Source: Monocercomonoides exilis PA203 (taxonomy: Eukaryota; Protista; Preaxostyla). From it: 64,000 bases of DNA. The notes below the pieces were generated by a model. That model did no database searches and was not told the DNA's origin. It saw only the letters and a list, made by a program, of their open reading frames with translations. Positions 12,514-23,972 of the stretch are shown piece by piece (the first letter of the stretch is position 1; the number at the start of each line of letters is the position of its first letter). Position numbers and translations under genes: made by a program. Location of the stretch: assembly GCA_001643675.2 (NCBI GenBank), contig LSRY02000058.1, positions 62,001 to 126,000 on the forward strand, written 5' to 3'.

Positions 12514-12623
12514 GTATTATTTTTTATTTCAAAAAATGATAACAAATATTTTTCTTATGGTTTTTGATCTGTCATTTGTATTCCCAGATTGACTTTTCTG
12601 ATCTTGAACAATAACTGTTGAAA

Positions 12624-13469
12624 ATGTTCTTTTTTTTGATTGCATCAGTTTTTGCTGAATCGATTGTTGAAACAGTAAACAATCATCCAGGTGCCACATG
12701 GGTTGCTGTTGAATACCCACCAGAGGTTATCACAACTGCAAAACTTAGAGCTCGTTTGGGTGCAATTGATCTGAATGAAGGACCATCTAACTATGTCCCA
12801 GATACTTCTTTGCCAGACAACTTCGATGCCCGTGAACAATGGCCAGGAAAGATTCTTCCAGTTCGTAACCAAGAGCAGTGCGGATCATGCTGGGCATTTG
12901 CTGTTGCAGAGACAACAGGAAACCGTCTTAACATCCTCGGATGTGGACGTGGAGACATGTCACCTCAGGATCTTGTTTCGTGCGATAAAGTTGATCACGG
13001 ATGCAATGGAGGAAGCCCCTTATTCTCGTGGGAATGGGTGAAACACAGTGGTATCACAACTGAAGAATGCATCCCATATGTTTCTGGAGGTGGAAGAGTT
13101 CCTTCATGCCCCAAAAAGTGCACCAATGGATCTGCCATTGTTCGCACAAAAGCCAAATCTGTTGGACTCGTGAAAGGTGACAAGATGCAAAATGAATTGT
13201 ACTCTCGTGGACCATTCGAGGCAGCATTCAGCGTGTATGAGGATTTCAAGTCATACAAGAGTGGTGTCTATCATCACATTACTGGAAAAATGCTCGGTGG
13301 ACATGCAGTTATGGTTGTTGGATGGGGTGTTGAAGATGGAACTCCATACTGGCTCATTCAGAACTCATGGGGAACCACATGGGGAGAACAAGGTTTCTTC
13401 AAGATTCTTAGAGGCAAAAACGAATGTGGAATTGAAACCACTTGCTTCCAGGGAACATTCGCTTGCTAA
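12624..13469 (+). CDS. CTSB: Cathepsin B-like cysteine protease (papain family C1A), intronless
   Basis: Signal peptide, LPDNFDAREQWP, QEQCGSCWAF (catalytic Cys), GCNGG, GGHAV (His) and QNSWGTTWGEQGFF (Asn). Confidence 0.96.
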   Translation: MFFFLIASVFAESIVETVNNHPGATWVAVEYPPEVITTAKLRARLGAIDLNEGPSNYVPDTSLPDNFDAREQWPGKILPVRNQEQCGSCWAFAVAETTGNRLNILGCGRGDMSPQDLVSCDKVDHGCNGGSPLFSWEWVKHSGITTEECIPYVSGGGRVPSCPKKCTNGSAIVRTKAKSVGLVKGDKMQNELYSRGPFEAAFSVYEDFKSYKSGVYHHITGKMLGGHAVMVVGWGVEDGTPYWLIQNSWGTTWGEQGFFKILRGKNECGIETTCFQGTFAC

Positions 13470-13690
13470 ATTGATTATTGATTGTGACTCCTTGATGTAA
13501 TTTTTTTATATCTTCTTATTATTTCTGGTTGTTTCTTGTTCATCTTACTTGTTTGAATTTTTTTATTTTCTTCCCTTTTTTTAATTTGAAACAACTGGGA
13601 GATTTGAAATAACATAATTGTATTTTTTCCATAAAACAAAGATTAACAAATGAAAAATTGAAAGAAGAAATGAGAAGAAGAAAACATAAT

Positions 13691-16107
13691 TTAATAAAGA
13701 AGTCTTCCTTTTAAACCGTATTGCCATCTCACACTGTTATCCATGAGTCGAAATCTTTGCTCTTCGTCTGGCGAAATTGCGAGGCAGAGGATGATATCCT
13801 GCAGTGCTCTTTTGGCTTGCTCGACTTTCAGCTTGAAATCTTCCATGTTGTCAGCCGCATCGACTTCTGGCTGGAAGAGCAGAGGAGCAAATGTGTGTGC
13901 CATTTGAGTGACATTCGTAATGAATATGACATCAACCTGGTCACTTGCCATCTGTATAGTCAAGAGATTCAGATAAAAAATATTAAAAATTAAATAAAAT
14001 TAAAAATTAAAAATAAAAAATGAAAAAATAAAAAAGCCACGTTTCATATAAATATAATAACAAGATTTCAAAATAAACAAAGTCATGAAAATTCATAAAT
14101 TAATTAATTAATTATAATAATTATCATAAAATAATCATCCGCACAAACCTTTCTAAAGAACCTCACCAGATACTTAATCGTGTAGAAATTCATGTTCGCT
14201 GTGTATTTTTCCAGCGCATTGCACGCTTCCACAGCAGACGCCGCATTCAACAGCTGCCCGTGGATCGCCCTGGGTATCAGCGGCTCTGTCAGGCCCTTCA
14301 GCCAGCTTTTCACCAGCGCCGCCACACAAACAGGCGGAAATCCCCTCAAATCCGCAGAAAGCTCTGCGTTGCTGTATTCGTAGCACTCCCCCGCTGCCAC
14401 CGCTGCTGCTGTCCAGTCAGACACGAAATAGTTCCCTTCGTTCGCCGTCTGCTTCACCTGCGCAATAAGCGCCGTGTTCGCTGGCGCACTGAAGAGCGCT
14501 ACGACTTCCTTCGAAAGCGTCTTTGCCGGCAGCTCAAACGCATTGCACAAGACACACACGATCTGCGGCACGAGGAACGAACAGAGAGGGACGTGCGGAG
14601 GCTCCGGCGGGAGGGGAATTTGCCGTGCGCCGGCAAGCGAAGGCGCAGAGGCGAGCAAATAGGACGAGTGCGACGGATCCGTCGGGTCTGGGAACGGGCT
14701 GTCGGATGCTTGCGACGCAAGATCTGCCACTCCAATGGCTCCTGACTTGAGATCAATGTCCTGCTCGGGCTCGGGCTCAGGCCCTGGTTCTTGTTCATTC
14801 TCTGTGCTTTGCTCGTGCTCATGCGCTTTCTTTTGCATTTGCGCTACTTCTGACCCCGTTCCTTGCTGAAGGGTTGTTTCGTGTTCAGCGTCTGCTCCAT
14901 TCGTCGCGTTTGCTGCTGTTCCCTGTGAATTCTGCGAATTCTGTGAGTTCTGTGTATTTTGTGTCTGATGCCCCTGCTGCAGTCTCGCTGAGCTCCTGTT
15001 CTCGCCACACGCACTGCACTCGCTCCTCTCCCGCGCCATCTGCTCTGCCCTCTCCTTGTCATACACCTCGTCCGTGTTGATTTGCCAGCAGTAGATGTCG
15101 TCGAGCCACGTGTCAAACACCCGCGGCAGCAGCCCGTCAGCCGGCACCACATCCAAATGGCTCTCCACATTTGCACTCAGGTTTCCCTGGCTCGTTTTCG
15201 CAAGCACTGCTGCTTCTTTGTCCTTCTTCGCCTTTGCAGCAGCGTCCGCATGCTGCAAATCAGCGCTCTCGCCAGAGGCCACTCGCGGATTAGTGGAAAC
15301 ACTCCATCCTCCTATTGAAAGAGCAGTGAATAGTTTTGAAAGGCTCAGAGTGATTAAGTAATATTTAAGAGAATATTTTGGCTTTTTCATTGGTGGCTTG
15401 CTCGTAGAAGACGAGCTTCCAGAAGATGATTGTGAAGTGGATGAAGATGAAGTCTCTGACATGAGAAGTCGTTTTTCAATTTGCTGTTGGGTCTTTAGAG
15501 CATTTATAAGGCATGGCTCAAGAGCAGAAGATGGTGAAATGCAAGATAAGAGTAAAGACATTAACCTCCACCCAATTAATACAGATTCTTGAACTGGGTT
15601 GTCGGAAACTTGTTTTAAAATTTGGCAAATTGATTCATCTCGAAGCTCTGGAATAGTAACCGCTCTCGTTAAAAATGTTTTTGTATATTGTTTTATTGGA
15701 AATTTTGCAGGAGAATCTTTCATTATACATAATAAATCTAAAAATTGAGCTTTCCCCTCATTCTTTAAAAATTCATGGTTCGAATCAGGCATTTTTAGCA
15801 GAGCTTTTTTCAAAGGTTCAGAAGTATGTGACAAAAGTTTGTCAAGAGGTATTGTTTTGTTGAAACCTCTTGTATGTGTTGTAAAATATTGTTTTGCGTA
15901 AATTGCCAGTGAATGCTCACTGACCTTTTCATCAAATGATTCATCAACTTCACTTAAAAATATTATGTCTGGTCTGTCTGCAAAGATACTTTGTTCGAGA
16001 CATCTCCTTCCTGGCTGGTCGGAAAACGAAAGAGTCGGCGCAACATATGAAATGTCTTTATAAATTATTTGCGCATTTGGGGAGAGACAATACGCTTCAT
16101 CATCCAT
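13691..16107 (-). CDS. MyTH4 + RhoGAP domain protein (ARHGAP39/Vilse-like); exons 16107-14149 and 13951-13691
   Basis: MyTH4 motifs PLKKALLK, ELRDESICQILKQVSDNP and GWRLMSLLLSCISPS. RhoGAP motifs VAALVKSWLKGLTEPLIP and, after the 13952-14148 intron, NVTQMAHTFAPLLF. Start is at 16107 or 16134. Confidence 0.85.
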
Positions 16108-16172
16108 GTTTTTATTATAAGTCGTTTTGATCATTTGATCAACATTTTTTGTTGAACAGTCAGATATAAAAA
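16108..16172. promoter_or_regulatory. Very short divergent intergenic region (putative bidirectional promoter)
   Basis: At most 65 bp separate the head-to-head ATGs; both ATGs have A-rich upstream context. Confidence 0.5.
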
Positions 16173-17261
16173 ATGTCACGGCAAGTGTTTCAATCTCCAT
16201 CAAAATACGTACAAGGAAGAAATGAAATAGAGAAACTTCCTGAACATGCTTCAAACCTGGGCAAAGCTGGAGCCTTTCTCATTGTTGGTCCGAGAGTAAT
16301 TACAAAATATGAAGAGAGACTCACCGGTTGCTTTAAGAAATCTCAACTCCCAATGAAATTGTGGGAATTTAAAGGTGAATGCTCGAAAGTTGAAATCGAC
16401 AGAATTGTGAACTCTGTGCAAGAGAGTAAATTCGATGTTATTGTTGGAGTTGGAGGAGGAAAAGTTTTAGACACAGCAAAAGCTGTTGCATACTTCACTT
16501 CTTTGCCTGTGATTATTGTCCCAACAGCAGCATCTTCTGATGCTCCATGCAGTGCACTGTCCGTCCTTTATACTGAAGATCATATATTTGACAGATATTT
16601 GATTTTAAAACAGAATCCCGATGTTGTTGTGATGGACTTGGACCTCATAGCAACAGCGCCTGTTCGCCTTCTTGTAGCAGGGATTGGAGATGCATTGGCT
16701 ACGTATTTTGAAGCGAGACAATGCTTTATCTCAAAGAAAAAGTCAATGGCAGGTGGAGAATGTTCAGTAACGGCGCTTGCACTTGCTAAAGCATGCTTTG
16801 ATACGTTGCTTGCAGATGGCCATCAAGCTGTTCTTTCAGCAACGTCTGGAGTTGTGACTCCTGCATTTGTGAATGTGGTGGAAGCAAATACTTTGCTAAG
16901 CGGATTAGGCTTTGAAAGTGGAGGACTTGCAGCTGCCCATGCTGTGCACAACGGAATGACAGCTATTAAGGAAACACACGAATTTCTCCACGGAGAAAAA
17001 GTTGCATTTGGTACTATTGTCCAGCTTGTTCTTGAGCATGCACCGGAGCAGGAGCTTAAGCAAGTGATTGAATTCTGCAAATTGGTTGGGCTTCCAACCA
17101 CTTTGACACAGCTGGGCGTAAAAGAAGTGACAAAGGAATTGCTTATGCCTGCAGCGCAACTCGCTTGTGCAGAAACAGAAAGCATTCACAACATGACCCG
17201 CAAAGTGACACCTGAAGATGTTGTTGCTGCAATGATTGTTGCCAACGAGTTGGGGAAATAA
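16173..17261 (+). CDS. gldA: Glycerol dehydrogenase (bacterial GldA type), intronless
   Basis: SPSKYVQG, GVGGGKVLDTAKA, PTAASSDAPCSALSV, GIGDALATYFEA, ESGGLAAAHAVHNG and HGEKVAFG; 362 aa. Confidence 0.96.
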   Translation: MSRQVFQSPSKYVQGRNEIEKLPEHASNLGKAGAFLIVGPRVITKYEERLTGCFKKSQLPMKLWEFKGECSKVEIDRIVNSVQESKFDVIVGVGGGKVLDTAKAVAYFTSLPVIIVPTAASSDAPCSALSVLYTEDHIFDRYLILKQNPDVVVMDLDLIATAPVRLLVAGIGDALATYFEARQCFISKKKSMAGGECSVTALALAKACFDTLLADGHQAVLSATSGVVTPAFVNVVEANTLLSGLGFESGGLAAAHAVHNGMTAIKETHEFLHGEKVAFGTIVQLVLEHAPEQELKQVIEFCKLVGLPTTLTQLGVKEVTKELLMPAAQLACAETESIHNMTRKVTPEDVVAAMIVANELGK

Positions 17262-17843
17262 GCGTGTAATATTTTGATGGAATGGAAAAGAATTGACTAA
17301 TTCCATTTTATTTATAAGTTAAATTGTAATAATAAAAAATGCATTATAATTTAATTTAATTTAATTTTCCTATTCTTTTGTTTCGAATTTTTCTATATTC
17401 ATTTTATTTATGTTATAATAAGCTTTAAAACAATGGAATCAGCCATTGATTTTTTTTTAAAAAAAAGAAAATAAAAAATAAAAAATTGTAAATTAACTTG
17501 CAAATTCTGTTGTTTTCACAACGATAAAACTGCTTATATAAGGTGCGTTAAAATGAATTATACGATGCGATTCATCTTCTTATTAATTGAAAAAAATCCT
17601 CTTTCCAGAGAACATTCGCAATGCAGCACATACACATCGATGAAGAACATTATCTTGCTGCATTAGGAACGCGTGATATGATTCATTTTTCCGTCCAAGT
17701 TACAATAAATATATTGTAAAAGCTTATTATCAACTAATCCAGTTATATTAATTTTTGTTTATTTTTTTTTCCCCCAATGCTCGAACACATAAAAATTTAC
17801 ACTTTACAATTGTCAAATTTTCCTTTCATTGTAATTGCTTCCT

Positions 17844-19350
17844 TCACATCTTCTCTTGCACTGCCCACGTGTATTGGCGAATAGAGCGAATTACGGTATT
17901 GTCACTCAGCATGGTCAATGCCCAGAACGCCACTAACAGAAACCAGCTTATGTTCAAATTCCCCATTTCCATGTGATTGATCAGAGCGCGAAACGCAAAG
18001 GACAACAATGCACAGACACACTGAAGAGGGAAAAATACAACAACGGAGCTCATGCTATCTAAGAGAGAGAGAGAAAAAAAACATTCATAAAATATTTGAT
18101 TCAATAACATTAATAAATTCAAATAATAATGGAGTTTGCACACAATTCATAAGATGAGGGCATGCGAGGTACATTGTCAACGGAATGACAACATCAGAAA
18201 AAGTTGATTGAGAAGAAAAAAATACAACTAACATCTCCAAAAGAAGAGTAAGTTCTTTCGGAAATTTCCTGAAAAAAAAATAATTTCCAATTAAAAAAAA
18301 ATATGATTATTTATCAAATAATTTCCAAAATTGACCTGAAAACAACCACACCAATATCTGATGCACAAAGGCAGAGCAAGGACAAATGGAATAAACTGCA
18401 TGCAAAATATTAGAAACGGTTCGTCTACAGACACAAGAGCACGCGGATACCACAGCAAAGAAGAAGAAGGTCGATAATCATCAACTCCACAAATAGGTGA
18501 AACAAATGAAGATTTGAGCACTGAATACAAAAATGGAAAGAAGGTCTCTAACGAACATTCAAAACGTGTTCTTAGAAGAAGAAAAATGGTTGATGCAACA
18601 GTAATAGCAGATGTAAAAAGAAGTATTGCAGAGAAATTTATTAGCATCTTCAGAATGAGCTTCATATTATATTTTGAGCTTATGTGAAATGAAGAGCAGT
18701 TGGAAGCGCTAATAACAACAGGAAGAAGAAGTAATATACAATGGGGATCAATGCATAAGAGAACAGATGCGCATATCAAAGGTGCAATTTGCCCCACTTT
18801 CAGAAAGAATATAACAATTGAATTTACATTTTCAAATCTAAAATTTACGCAAACCTTTGTTAACCTCAAACAGAAAAATTAATATGAGACAATATTTAAC
18901 TTGGAACGAAGCATTTGAACCACATGAAATAATCGAAAATGGGTTAAGATAGAAGAAAAGCGAGGATAATTCTGCCTTATTTTCATCTATAAATGCTATC
19001 ATGTCATTAACTTTATCAGGTTTGTATTCTTGCCCATTTGCATCTTTATTATTTTCTTTTTGAATTTTCCAAAACATTAAAAATGTCAATGCATCAAATA
19101 TTGCTCCACATATAAAACAATTATGAGGATTCTTTGGTAGAAACGAACTCAACAACAGCATGAGTGGATGTATCTTAATATCTGCACGCATATACGGTAT
19201 TATGCCACACTTTAAGAGATAAAGAGCTTCGCGATGACGTATATCTGAAGTTGAAGGAGCTGAAATTTCTATAACATCACTTTCCGCCCTTTTATATAAA
19301 AAATGTGATGCTAACCTCAGTAGCGTTCCTATTATAATTGTACAAAACAT
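17844..19350 (-). CDS. PIGU: GPI transamidase subunit PIG-U/Gab1, multi-exon (internal boundaries approximate)
   Basis: PSTSDIRHREALYLLKCGIIPY, FFYLNPFSIISC, DYRPSSSLLWY and GNLNISWF are spread over ORFs 18838-19386, 18291-18869 and 17844-18143. Confidence 0.78.
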
Positions 19351-20470
19351 TTTAACACAGAAAACATGCAATATCCCATTGACCATCCCTTTATAAAAGA
19401 ATTTTGGATTCTAAAAATGTAACTTTTTTTCATAACCTATTGAGTGGTTTTGAATAAAAAATCTTTTTGTTGTTGATGAATATTAATTGTTATTAATATT
19501 ATTATTTTGATGTTTTGATAAATAACTGTTTTATGGAGTGTTAATAAACGCTCAAACTTTGCTTTTTGTGAGAAAATGGAAATCCTATTTTTTTTAATTT
19601 TTTTCTTCAAAACATATTTATTAACTGTTATATGTCTATATTTGCTCATTTCGATTCAAAAAAATTATTCATCATGATTAATAATGTTGAATTTGGAGAA
19701 AGAAAGAAAGAAAGAAAAGACGAACTGACTTCTTTGAAGATTCCTTTGCTTTTCATGGAACGAAGACTGAAGAAAGCGGAAGGAAAGAAGAAGACAGAAA
19801 AGATATCAGGTTTGGGAAAAGAAGAAGAAAATGTCTGGATGGATTGTTGTTTTCCGGCTGCCAAAAAAGATCTGCTGAAACGGGGAATTTGAATGGAGAG
19901 AAATGAAAAAAGTTGAAAAGAAGAAAAAGAAAGAGAAATATTAAACAAAAGCGGGGGAAATCAAACGAAAGAGAAATATTTCTCCGTCTCAGATAAATCT
20001 CGGACGGTAGTTCTTTGATATTTACACTTGGGATTTTGAGGGAATCAACAGAAGAATAAAAGAAGCGAAGAAGCGAAGGAAACAAGGAGAAAGAGGAAAA
20101 ATGAGAAGAAAGTTATATCTTGCACCAGATGATATGAGCGAATAGGGAAGAAATTCATAGGAAAAAAGAGATGGAGAAAAAAATGGATTGTGAAAGAGGA
20201 AGAAAGAAGGGGAAATTGAATTGAAAAAGATAAAGATAAAGAAAAGGTGTTTGGACAGATAAATCAGCGAAACAGCAACAATACGCTCAGATAAATGTAT
20301 TTATTTTCTTTTTTCAAATTATTATTATAATTATCATCATCATTGCATTTTTCTTTTTCACCTTCTCCTTCTCATTCTTCTTCTTCTCAATCATTAACAT
20401 TACCATCATCAACATCATCTGCACAATCTTCTTCATCATCTTTATCTTCCTCCTTCTCTTCTCATTAAAA

Positions 20471-20700
20471 TTCTTCTTCCTCTTCTTCCTCTTCCTCTTC
20501 CTCTTCCTCTTCCTCTTCCTCTTCTTTATCTTCTTCTTCTTCCTCCTCCTCCTCCTCCTCCTCCTCCTCCTCCTCCTCTTCTTCTTCTTCTTCTTCTTCT
20601 TCTTCTTCTTCTTCTTCTTCTTCTTCTTCTTCTTCTTCTTCTTCTTCTTCTTCTTCTTCTTCTTCTTCTTCTTCTTCTTCTTCTTCTTCTTCTTCGTCTT
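20471..20700. repeat. (TTC/CTC)n trinucleotide microsatellite (poly-Glu on the minus strand)
   Basis: Long uninterrupted ttc and ctc runs. Confidence 0.95.
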
Positions 20701-21423
20701 TCTCTTCTCCTTCTCCAACATTATAGGCTGCGCTCACTTCGTTCATTATGTGTTCTGGATATATGAAAGGAATGCAAACATTACAAACAAGATAATCAAC
20801 AAATACAAACATTTTTGTTTATCAAACAAGTGCTGCGAAAGCAATTATAAATCAAACAAATTCACTTGACAAGTATTTACCATTGCAAGAAAATAACTTA
20901 GAAAAAACTTGTCAAAATGTGTAACCTGGGAGATCAAGAAAATTCTTTTTTCTTCAAAGAGATCAATCCTATAAAAAATTCAAAAAAATAGGTTGTTATT
21001 TGGTTCTGAATAATTTGCTTTCAATATTTTTTTCCCATTCGGCATTTTTGAATCTTTTTCGAAATACAACAATCCACAATAATTTTTTTTCACCATTATG
21101 TTTGACTTATTGTTCCATGGCATCTTTAAAAGTTTGGTATAAATCGTTGGTTTCTTCTGAAAGAGAAAAATTATTTCCATGTTTAAACATTTCATGTGCA
21201 TATTATGGTTTGTTCGATCATAAAACGATTGTTTTTCAAAATACTTGTATGTAACAAACAATTACAGCTATTCCTAACTTTCATTTTTGCTTCTAATTTA
21301 AACAAAGCATTAAATTTGAAATTGAAGTTGTAAAATTTCAATTTTGTGAGATAAATAAAGATGTTTGTATTTTTCGATTAACTTTTTTTAAATTTGCTTT
21401 CGTTTCGTTGTTCAGAATATACA

Positions 21424-21460
21424 ATGAGAAGAATTAGTAGATTTGATCATATTGGGGAAG

Positions 21461-21492
<32 letters not shown>

Positions 21493-22975
21493 GAAGAAGA
21501 AGAATATTATGACAGTGATTATTATTTTTATTGTGATGATGAAGGGGAAGAAGATTGCGATGAAGAAAAAGAAGAATTCAAGACAGAGCTTACAGAAAAG
21601 TTCACAAGTTCGAGTATTTTTTTCTTGATTGGGCTTTCAATACTTTGATTATTTTTGTGATTTAAAAGAATTGCTTGATGAACTGGAAGATTGTGATGGG
21701 AATGAGCAAAAACAGAATATTGAGGAAATGAACGGACTAATGGACGAGTTGTGCGAAGAGGAATTCAGATCTGTATTCACAATTAATAATTTCGACAAAA
21801 TCGAAAAAATGATTGAAGAAAAGAAATTGACTTTGGAAAATACAATGATGCTGATGAAACATATTGCATATTGTAACGCGCTTGCAGAAGTGTGGTGTAG
21901 CAATTTTCACAGTTCTGAACTGAGCAAAAGATTTGAGAAAATGATTGTTGAAGAAGATGAGAAAAAAGAAGAAAAGAATGAAAAGCTTCTTGTTGATCTT
22001 TGCGAATGCTATATTTTTATCGGCTATTACATATCATGGAAATTGCTTTCAATTTGCATACCCAATTTTCTGAAAGCAGCATCAAACAAGGAAGAAAACG
22101 AAGAAACACGAAAAGATGTGGAAATGGCTTTGCTGGCTTTGACTTCAGCGAAAATGTGCGAGTTGTTTTGTTTCTTATTTATGCTGTTGTTTCTTTATTA
22201 TTTTTTTCAGGGACTCAAAAAAAAACTGTATTTAAAAGAGATTGAAGAGATTGTCAAATATCACCAGGAACACCATAATCTGACACAGATTGCGTATCAG
22301 ATTGTTTGGCGCTTTATTATCACCCAATTTAAAATTGATTACAGTTTGGAAAATGTCATTGTGAATGAGCTGCATTTTGCGAGAGAGGCGACTCGAGAAT
22401 TGAATGAGCTGTCAAAATGTGTAGATTGGAAGAGAAAAGAAGAAGAGGAAGGAGAAAAAAAAACTGAAGAAGAGAACCGTATGAAAAGATGGATCAGAAC
22501 GTTGGGGTTTTTCAATCAATCGTGCGCATTGTGGAATAACGAATTTATTGGGCTCATCGGGAGCATTGTTCAAGTGTTTCAAGCAGCAAAGAAAAATCAT
22601 AGAGAAAGTTGCAAGGAATGCATTTTTCTATTTAGAAATGCAGCGAAAAGCAGAGCTGTGAAAGTTGAAGCTTTTTTGAAAAGTGGTGCCATTGATGTTG
22701 TTTTGGAGGAAATGAAGCGATCAACTTTGGAAGATGAAGTGGCAAATGAAATCTTCCATTTCTTTTTGAATGTTTCAAGGAAATTAAAAGAAAAGAATAA
22801 AGATGAAAAGGAAGAAGAGGAAAGAAAATCAATTAAAAAAGAGGTTTTTGAAAAGATGGAAGAAGAAGGATACGAAGATACCATTGTAAGCTTTCGCAAA
22901 AAATTGAGTTTTCTTTACCAAGATTATAATTATGAATTATCGTTGGATATTTCTGATTATTTTGTGAATGCTTAA
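21424..22975 (+). CDS. Lineage-specific helical protein family, copy 2 (acidic first exon)
   Basis: Exon 1 (21424-21607) splices to 21669 giving EKFTK|LLDELED and the gene ends YELSLDISDYFVNA. The intron-like segment ~22156-22210 is stop-free, and I found no in-phase donor for it. Confidence 0.8.
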
Positions 22976-23083
22976 TAAAACATAACTTGATGTTATGTTT
23001 CTCAAAAGTTCTGATTTTATTTTTTTATCATTTCACAAAATCAAAAACAGAATTCCCCATGAAAGTGTTTTTGAAATAATCGT

Positions 23084-23084
23084 A

Positions 23085-23115
<31 letters not shown>

Positions 23116-23670
23116 TTATTTTATTTTATTTTATTTTATTTTATTTTATTTTATTTTATTTTATTTTATTTTATTTAATTTTATTTTATTTTATTTTATT
23201 TTATTTAATTTTATTTTATTTTATTTTATTTTATTTTATTTTATTTTATTTAATTTTATTTTATTTTATTTTATTTTATTTTATTTTATTTAATTTTATT
23301 TTATTTTATTTTATTTTATTTTATTTTATTTTATTTTATTTTATTTAATTTTATTTTATTTAATTTTATTTTATTTTATTTTATTTTATTTTATTTTATT
23401 TAATTTTATTTTATTTTATTTTATTTTATTTTATTTTATTTTATTTTATTTAATTTTATTTTATTTTATTTTATTTTATTTTATTTAATTTTATTTTATT
23501 TTATTTTATTTTATTTTATTTTATTTTATTTTATTTTATTTTATTTTATTTTATTTTATTTTATTTTATTTAATTTTATTTTATTTTATTTTATTTTATT
23601 TTATTTAATTTTATTTTATTTTATTTTATTTTATTTTTATTTATTTATTTATTTATTTTTTTTTTTTTTT
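23084..23670. repeat. (TTTTA)n pentanucleotide array with TTTAA variants, ending in poly-T
   Basis: Directly visible, ~590 bp. Confidence 0.97.
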
Positions 23671-23972
23671 GGAATGGAACAAACTACAAAATTGACAGTT
23701 ATGAAAATGCTTGGCCTCTCACTTATTCCTTTCATTTATCTCGCTTTCTCGTCTTTTCGTCTTCTCGTCTTCCCTCTTTTGAAATTCAGCATTCTCATAA
23801 ATGTTTTTTTCATCCGCAAAGCACGGAAATGCATAAGAATAATGAAACTTTCAGAAATTATAAAGAAATTTTCGAAATACAAAAATCAAATATAATCTTC
23901 CATTTTGTATATAGGGCCATTCCGAGTGTCGCATTCACTCAACGCGTTTCATCAAAGCAATTATGGATAATA

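Noticed and set aside
15770-15795. ggttcgaatc, resembling a tRNA T-loop
   Set aside because: Lies inside the MyTH4 coding exon with no cloverleaf stems.
16135-16254. N-terminal extension of the 716-aa ORF overlapping gldA antisense
   Set aside because: Begins at a non-ATG codon inside gldA; the downstream ATGs at 16134 and 16107 are more plausible.
16173-17261. Bacterial contamination or misassembly
   Set aside because: Flanked closely by intron-containing eukaryotic genes, with AT-rich flanks like those of its neighbours.
20314-20812. Poly-Lys/Arg and poly-Glu ORFs
   Set aside because: Translations of a trinucleotide microsatellite with no supported gene model.
22995-23348. ORF of FILFY repeats, or a CRISPR-like array
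   Set aside because: Simple (TTTTA)n repeat with no spacers.
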